DNA of 64,000 nucleotides. It comes from the human T2T-CHM13v2.0 reference genome, Homo sapiens. Below the pieces are notes generated by a model that was given only the letters and a program-made list of their open reading frames with translations, was not told the DNA's origin and did no database searches. The translations under genes and the position numbers were made by a program. Shown here piece after piece: positions 55,710 through 64,000 of the stretch. The stretch is taken from assembly GCF_009914755.1 (NCBI RefSeq), contig NC_060929.1; one strand, given 5' to 3'. Every line of letters begins with the position of its first letter. Position 1 is the first letter of the stretch.

Positions 55710-58612
55710 AAAATTAACAAAATAGATAGACCGCTAGCCAGACTAGTAAGAACAGAGAGAAGGATCAAACAGACATAATGAAAAAAATGATAAAGGGGAT
55801 ATCATCACTGATCCCAAAGAAATAGAAACTACCATAAGAGAATACTATAAACACCTCTACACAAATACCTAGAAAATCTAGAAGAAACGCGTAAATTCAT
55901 GGACACATACACCTTCCCAAGAATAAACCAGGAAGAAGTCGAATCTGAATAGACCAATAACAAATCCTGAAATTGAGGCAGTAATTAATAGCCTACTGAA
56001 CAACAACAACAAAAAGCCCAGGACCAGATGGATTCACAGTGGAATTCTATCAGAGGTACAAAGTGGAGCTGGTATTATTCCTTCTGAAACTATTCTAAAC
56101 CATTGAAAAAGAGGAACTCCTCCCTAACTCATTTTATGAGGCCAGCATCACCCTGATACCAAAACCTGGCAGAGACACAACAAAAAAGGAAAACTTTAGG
56201 CCAGTATCCTTGATGAACATCGATGTAAAAATCCTCAATAAAATACTGGCAAGCCAAATCCAGTAGCACATCAAAAAACTTATCCACCATGATCAACTCA
56301 GCTTCATCCCTGGGATGCAAGGCTGGTTCAACATACACAAATCAACAAACATAATCCATCACAGAAACAGAAACAAAAACAAAAACCACATGATTATCTC
56401 AATAGATGCAGAGAAGGCCTTTGATAAAATTCAACATCACTTCATGTTAAAAACTCTCAATAAACTAGGTATCAATGGAATATATCTCCAAATAATAAGA
56501 GCTATTTATGACAAACATACAGCCAATATCATATTGAATGGGCATAAACTGGAAGCGTTCCTTTTGAAAACCAGTTCAAGACAAGGATGACCTCTCTCAC
56601 CACTCCTATTCAATATAGTATTGGAAGTTCTGGTCAGGGCAATCAGGCAAGAGAAAGAAATAAAGGTATTCAGATAGGAAGAAAGGAAATCAAATTGTCT
56701 CTGTTTTCTGACGACCTGATTCTATATTTAGAAAACCCCATCGTCTCAGCCCCCAAACTCCTTAAGCTGATAAGCAACTTCAGCAAAGTCTCAGGATACA
56801 AAATCAACGTACAAAAATCACAATCATCCTTTTACACCAACAATCGACAAATAGAGAGCCAAATCATGAACGAACTCACATTCACAATTGCTACAAAGAG
56901 AATAAAATATCTAGGAATATAGCTAACAAGAAATGTGAAGGACCTCTTTAAGGAGAACCAGAAACCACCGCTCAAGGAAATAAGAGAGGAAACAAACAAA
57001 TGGCAAAATATTCCATCCTCACAGATAGGAAGAATCAGTATCGTGAAAGTGGCCATATTGCCCAAAGTAATTTATAGAATGCCATTCCCATCAAACTACC
57101 ATTGACTTTCTTCACAGAATTAGGAAAAACTACTTTAAATTTCATATGGAATCAAAGAAGACTCCGTGTAGCCAAGACAATCCTAAGCTAAAAGAACAAA
57201 GCTGGAGGCATCACCCTACTGACCTCAAACTCTACTACAAGGCTACAGTAACCAAAACAGCATGATACTGGTACCAAAACAGACATATAGACCAATGGAA
57301 CAGAACAGAGACCTCAGAAACAACACCACACATCTACAACCATCTGATCTTTGACAAACCTGACAAAAACAAGAAATGGGGAAAGGATTCCCTATTTAAT
57401 ACACGGTGCTGGGAAAACTGGCTAGCCATATGCAGAAAACTGAAACTGGACCCTTTCCTTACACCTTTTACAAAAATTAACTCAAGATGGATTAAAGACT
57501 TAAATGTAAAACCCAACCATAAAAACCCTAGAAGAAAACCTAGGCAATACCATGCAGGACATAGGCATGGGGAAAGACTTCATGAGAGCGCCAAAAGCAA
57601 TTACAACAAAAGCCAAAATTGACATATGGGATCTAATTAAATTAAAGAGCTTCTGCACAGCAAAAGAAACTGTCATCAGAGTGACCAGGCAGCTTATAAA
57701 ATGTGAGAAAATGTTTGCAATCTACCCATTTGACAAAGGTCAATATCCAGAATTTACAAGGAAATTAAATTTACAAGAAAAAAAAAACCCCATCAAAAAG
57801 TGGGCAAAGGATATGCCTTCTCAAAAGAAGACATTAATGTGACCAACAAACTTTTATAAAAAAAAAGCTCAACATCACTAATGATTAGAGAAATGCAAAC
57901 CAAAACCACAATGAGATACTGGCAAACTGAATCCATGCCAGGCAGAATGGTAATGATTATAAAGTCAAGAAACAATAGATGCTGGAGAGGCTATGCAGAA
58001 ATCAGAATCCTTTTACCCTGTTAATGGGGATGTAAATTAGTTCAACCATTGTGGAAGACAGTATTGTGATTCCTCAGGGATCTAGAACCATAAATAACAT
58101 TTGACCCAGCAATCCCATTACTGGGTATATACCCGAAAGAATATAAATCATTCTACTGTAAAGGCACATGCATGTGTATGTTTATTGCAGCACTATTTAC
58201 AATAGCAAAGTCATGGAACTAACCCAAATGCCCATCGATGATAGACTGGATAAAGAAAATGTGGTACATATACACCATGGAATACTATGCAGCCATAAAA
58301 ATGAATGAGTGTATGTCCTTTGCAGGGGCATGGATGAAGCTGGAAGCCATCATCCTCAGCAAAATAACACAGGAACAGAAAACCAAACACTACATGTTCT
58401 CACTCATAAGTGTGAGTTGAACAGTGAGAACACATTAACACACAGAGGGGAACAACACACAGCAGGGCTTCTTGGGGGTTGGGGGCGAGGGGAGAGAACT
58501 TAAGAGAATGGGTCAATAAGTGCAGCAAACCACCGTGGCAAACGTATACCTATGTAACACACCTGCATGTTCTGCAAATGTATCCTGGAATTTAGAGCAA
58601 AAAAAAAAAAAA
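55710..58612 (+). mobile_element. L1PA8-like LINE-1, 5'-truncated, disrupted ORF2
   Basis: ORF2 peptides ([10 protein letters not shown]..., LFSDDLI), 3'UTR GAACTTAAGAGAATGGGTCAATAAGTGCAGCAAACCACC, poly(A); AAAATTAA at both ends as possible TSD. Confidence 0.97.
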
Positions 58613-58888
58613 TTAATATCTTCAACTGAAAAAAGAATTCTTGGTAAAGTTATGAAAAAATAATCTTTCTTAAAAAACATTGCATATTCATATTATGCTT
58701 ATTAATGGTATACCTACAATTATAATTTTAAATTTCAACAGCAAATTAAGGTTGCACAGTATGTTGAAAATTATTTTGGTATTTAATACAATGCAATAGT
58801 TTAAAAAAATTGAATTGCACTGTAAATATGTAAAATAGAAAATATATTTTAATTGCCTACCTAGAGAATCCGGTAGAACCAACTGAAA

Positions 58889-58890
<2 letters not shown>

Positions 58891-58935
<45 letters not shown>

Positions 58936-58976
58936 TATATATATATATATACACATACATATATATGTATACGTAT
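58891..58976. repeat. (AC)21 plus (TA)-rich microsatellite
   Basis: Directly visible. Confidence 0.97.
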
Positions 58977-60359
58977 TAATATTTTTGTATCATTTATCAG
59001 TAGCAAATGGGAGAAAATGGTATTTTTAAAGTTATTTGCAATTAAAAAAATATATAAAGTCTCATGAGTAAACTTTTCAAGACATGTATTTAAGATTACT
59101 CTTCTCTACTTTCAGCTACATCCAAGACATTTGTTTGACAGTTACCTCTCTATCTATCAGAACCATGTACAGCCAACAACTATGAGAACTACGTTGGCCT
59201 GTACTTCTAGCGGAAGCCCTCTGCAGTCTAGAGCTGGATTCTATTGGGGTCAAGCTGTCTCCTTTCTCAGAGATTCTCAAAACTATATCACTCACTGTTT
59301 CAATCATTTACCAAAAGTTTAAACACCTTTATCTATCTTTCAGTTTACTACCAACCTCATTGTCCTCTGTATTTCTTTTCCTCTTAATAAAATTCACCAT
59401 TTTTCACCTTCCTAACAGCCCTTTCTCCTATCTTCTGTAATTCTATACTTCATCCGAGATTTCCTCTGTCTCCTGCTTCACATATGAAGTCATTGCTTCC
59501 CCCGAAGCCCTTTTAGGTAAAGGCTGTGTCGTCTCTCACATCCTACCTACTTCTGTTCCTCCCACCCAGTGCCACTTTAAAATAAAAATGGGAAAAAATC
59601 CAAACAAAACAACTTGCTTCTTTGAGCTTATATCATACAATTAAAATTTTAATTTCCTTCCTCATCGCTTTACTTGTTGAACTTCAAATGACTCTTTCTA
59701 GTTTACTTAAGATATTGAAAACAAGAGAGCAATCTTCTCCTTTGTTACAACTTGTTAACAAATTATAACTTGTCCTCTAAGATGTTTCCCAAGAGTTTTG
59801 GTAGCAGATGTGTTGGGTACTGAACTAGGAATCAGAAGTTCTCCACCCCTTTCAGGAATTGTTTAAGAGACACCCCATCTTGTAGTGTATAGGATGGGGT
59901 TGAAACCTTTTTATGATATTACGTACGGTGTGTCTTTAAAGATGAAGCTCTTAGAATAACATGGATTCGATTAATACATAAAATGGGATGGTGTGTTGAA
60001 CCAAATGTTCTACAAAAAAAACCTTTAGATTTTAAATTCTGTGATGGAATGAGTTTTCAAAATAATCCAAATTTAGGTTCCATTTTAACTGGATAGAACC
60101 CTTATTGAGAAGGTACTTTCAGAAGTACAGAAACATTATTGGGCTGTGATGGTTATTGGGCCCACCTTGCACATGGCAGGATGTAACTATGGAGTTCTGG
60201 TTGCCTGGACTAAGCAGGTTTGTTGAAAATGTATACACTTGCAGGTTAAAGCTTTAAAAACCTTTTAAAAATATTTTAGCTGTTTCTTTATGACACTTTG
60301 AAAACTATTTTTATCCTTCTTGGATCAAGATGGTTTATAAACAATAAAAAATTAACAAG

Positions 60360-60510
60360 GACTGTATTATAGCATTTTATAGATAGAAAATTGAAACATA
60401 AAGCAGTTAAACTATATATTTATCTGAACTCACTGCATAAGAGAAAACATAAGGAGACAAAGAGGACTTAGGCTCTCTAGCTTCTGAGAATACATCCTAA
60501 TTCTAAAACC
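60360..60510 (-). mobile_element. MIR relic
   Basis: TATTATAGCATTTTATAGATAGAAAATTGAAACATAAAGCAGTTAA. Confidence 0.5.
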
Positions 60511-60709
60511 ACTCTTTCTTCACAGTGATATTGTAGTTATTATCCATTTTCTTGCATTTGTGATTTTCTGTGACAGTGTTATCCTGATGAAATGGTCACA
60601 CAAAATATACTACATTACATTGTCAGGTCATCATATAATGTAGTCATTTCATCCTCCTAGTATTTAATGAACATAAAACCTCTCCTTCAATTTCTATTTT
60701 ATTTCTTAT

Positions 60710-61085
60710 CTCTTTATTTTGGGAGATAAATATATTCAAATACACATGCAGAACTATACAAATACAGAGACACGCACATATGTGTGCATTAATGTATATT
60801 TATGTGTCTTTAATGATATACGTGTATTTTTACATATTGTTTGTAGTTACATAAACATATCTAATTTTATAAAGATATATTTGTATACATTATACATGTG
60901 TATTTATATGCACCTATTAAACAAACAGAAACATCCTCAAAATGTAGATGCACAGATCAGTGATTTCTCACAGAACAAATGCACATATCTACCAGGTAAA
61001 CAAAAAGAACATTGGTGGTACCTCAAAAGCCCCTCACCTATACCCCTACCCTCCAACTGTCACTCCGTTCTTCCCTCCAAAGGTC
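60710..61085 (-). mobile_element. L1ME-like 3' end with TA/CA low-complexity expansion
   Basis: CAGTGATTTCTCACAGAACAAATGCAC...CCAGGTAAACAAAAAGAACATT...AAAAGCCCCTCA. Confidence 0.55.
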
Positions 61086-63646
61086 TGCCCAGTTTTTTTT
61101 TCACATGGTCCTAGAGAAACACTAACTTGTACATTTCCAAAGTAGAGGATATTCCAGGGGCCATATAGCACAGACTCAGTGAATTTTATATTGTTTGGGA
61201 ACGATGCGTGGGAAGATGGGAAAATAGCTTTTGTTATTCAGTTCATCAACTGAACATTAAAGCATTGGGGTGATGACAGAAGAACCAATGTCAGCCTGCC
61301 CTGGAGTGGCCTGTCACTCAGGCTGTAAATCAGCGTCCTTGGCTCTCACTGGCACACACATGTCTCTCCCCATTCTGACCTAGAAGAGCCTCGTTTCCTC
61401 TGTTCTGTCACAGTTCCAGGGCAGGAGGAGAGAACAGTTTCCAACCCAAATTAGCTTGTTTGCAACATTTATGCCCAAATTAAAAACAGGCTGCCTGGCT
61501 GACTAAAGAGTTCTCATTTTCTTCTCAAGTTTTGATAGAAAATATGTCCTGAAGGGAAAATAAGCAGGGAAAAAGGATTAGAAAACAAAATCATCTAATG
61601 ATGAAAACTACCTTTTCCATTATTTAGACAGATGGCACTCAGAATAGATCAGATCTCTAACTACCAGTGAGTAACCACCAATCCTTCCACAGGGTGACAG
61701 AGAAGCTACACAGAAAATGTTTTATTCTTGAATCAAGGTAAACAGTTTTAGAACACATTAGAAAGTGTGTAGTTGTATACTCATCATGAAGAAATATGTT
61801 ATGAGGAATTCTGTTGAGATAATTATGGAAATAAGACTTTTAATGGGTGAAATGGAGAGAATTTAGGATTTTCATAAATCAATATTCAACATAATTCTAA
61901 TTGACACTATTAATAATAAAGGAGATATCACATATGATATGAGTTGCAACTTTTTAGAAGAAACAGTTATGTTCCTAGGCATAAAGTTCAAATTCCAGAT
62001 TGAAATTAAATGAGTAGTTATCACATAGGGCAGAACTCCCTAATTTTATAGCCTAATGCCAAGGGAAATTTGGTTTATTATGCCATGTTTTAACCAGTTC
62101 TGTCAAGCGGCCATATAAATACATAAGTCTTATAATAAGTTATAATTCAAAAAGCATAGATTTTGTTTGATGAGTAATTACTTTTATCCAGGTTACTAAT
62201 GGCTAGTAAACAAGGATTTTTTAGGGAAATAATATTTTTCATGAAGTACTTTGAGTTAAGGGTTAATTTCTGGCCATGACTAATATAAGCCTGCCTGAGA
62301 AAATGAGCTCAGAGTCCTGTTTCTTTAGAAATTACCAAATGAAGATAACAGTAGAATATGCTATTTGTCTTGCTCTCTGAGAAACCTTTGAGCTGTGGGG
62401 CTTCTGGTCTAGGGGAGCTCTGGTTGCCATGCAGACCTTGGGCTCACATGCCTAGATCTGTACCTCTGTGTCATGGTGACCCACACTCACTCTGCCACTC
62501 ATCTGCGGCAACTGCATTCTCCATGTGGGTGAATGTACACTGTGTGACACTAGTGTTTGCAGTGATGGGTAGAGATCAGATAGCCTCATTAACAATGTGT
62601 TTAGAAGCCTGCAGCTTTGTACAGCAGTACATTGTAGGACGAGGCTTATTTTGTTGAGGCCATTGCCAATACTTGATGCAAAATAGGAGAAGCTGTTGCT
62701 AATTGGTGAGTGTTGCATAATACAGAGGGAGGGATGGTAAACCAATGACATCAGTTCCCCTACTCCAATTCCCCAAAATTACCTCTTTTAATTTCTCCTT
62801 GTGTGCCACTGATTGACTTAGGAAAGAAAAAATCAAGAAAATTTTTCCCTTAAGGAAGGCATTTTTATGTGTTGTGGCTCAGATCCTCTTCTAACACTGC
62901 TATTTTTGTTAACATGCAAAACGTAGATTCAATAGATGCAAAGTGAATTGTGTTGACTTTTTTTTATTTTATTTATATTGTCTGTGCATGCGTTTTTTTA
63001 AATTTAGTTGTCTAGCATACCTTTTTGTTTATATTTTACCAATGTTTGTACTTTACAAACATATCTGAAGGCCCAATGCAGCTATTTTTAAGGATCAGGT
63101 GTGAAATGAAAAGTTTCTAGGCTTGGGTCAAAGGAAAATTCTGATAAGGTTAAAGATGAGGGAGGAAAGCCATCTTGTGGATGCTTTCACTGCATCAGTA
63201 CAACATGGGGTGTAGATGAAGGTTATTTATACGATGAATGTCACCTATTAATATTAATAGGCTTTAAATAAGTTGGTAGCTTAACCTGTTTTCTTCTATT
63301 GTGCATCATTTGTGGCAAATTCAAGTGCAGCAATGGTTCCAGCAAAATTGAAAAGACACCTGCACAATTATATGATAAGAAAAGTTGAGAGTTATATTAA
63401 AAGGTGATTACCACTAACAAACAAATGGAGCAAAGCTTTCATTTAAAAAAAAAAGAACATTTAACAAAAGGTTCAGGGCACAAGATTCTTAGTAGCATAT
63501 CTTATTATTCAGAAAAGGAAAACTCACAATATTGGTGAGAAACTAATAATGTCAACATGACAAATTATAGTGAATAAATCCTTGAACAGGATGTAAAAAA
63601 TAAATAGAAGAGGATCCTCTCTGTCAGAGTACAGTAAGTTAATGTA

Positions 63647-63963
63647 CAACCAGACTCTGTATTTATGGGTTCCACGTTTGTGGATTCAACCAACCACAGA
63701 TAAAAAAATATTTTTTTCAAATTGCTCTCATACTGAACATATACAGACATTTTTCTTGTCATGATTCCCTAAACAGTATAGGATAACAATTGTTTACATA
63801 GGATTTACTTTGTGTTGGGTATTTTAAGTAATCTAGAGATTATTATAATATATGGAAAAATGTGCAAGGTTATATGCAAATACTACATGACTTATGCATC
63901 CTCGAATTTTGATATCCACTGGATGTCCTGGAACCAATCCCCCGAGATAGCGAGGGACAACTG
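63647..63963 (-). mobile_element. MER2 (TcMar-Tigger) DNA transposon
   Basis: TGGATTCAACCAACCACAGAT...GTAATCTAGAGAT...GTCCTGGAACCAATCCCCCGAGATAGCGAGGGACAACTG; TA dinucleotide on both flanks. Confidence 0.92.
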
Positions 63964-64000
63964 TATTGATGACATGTCACATAATGCCAAAGCTCTTTCA

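Noticed and set aside
56315-57842. Reverse-transcriptase-like ORFs as an active retroelement or novel RT system
   Set aside because: Decayed L1PA8 ORF2 split by stops and frameshifts; ORF1 and the 5'UTR are absent.
60719-61114. 131-aa ORF
   Set aside because: Runs through TA/CA low-complexity sequence and an L1ME relic; no recognisable domain.

Overview
AT-rich, CpG-poor primate (very probably human) nuclear DNA that looks intergenic or deep-intronic. I find no supportable protein-coding exon, CpG island, tRNA, rRNA or CRISPR array. The listed ORFs are best explained as read-through of Alu, L1, LTR or microsatellite sequence, or as chance. Roughly half of the window is recognisable interspersed repeat: about 12 Alu copies or fragments, three 5'-truncated ~3 kb L1PA elements, older L1M/HAL1/L2/MIR relics, and MaLR/ERVL LTRs (MLT1, MLT2, MSTA, LTR33-like). 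It also holds a complete LTR-int-LTR THE1 element (34159-36426), a solo HERV-H LTR7 nested in an MLT1A LTR (10901-11341), and DNA transposons (MER58A x2, MER1B, MER5, MER2). One RNA-derived feature is clear: a U7 snRNA pseudogene on the minus strand (23498-23555). I cannot demonstrate a new biological system. The best leads are (i) the LTR7 copy, where a consensus 5' splice site overlaps the expected poly(A) signal downstream of an intact TATA box, suggesting an LTR-driven spliced lncRNA, (ii) the U7 copy, and (iii) several small rearrangement scars. Repeat family and subfamily names come from my recollection of consensus sequences, not from a database search, and boundaries of old elements are approximate.
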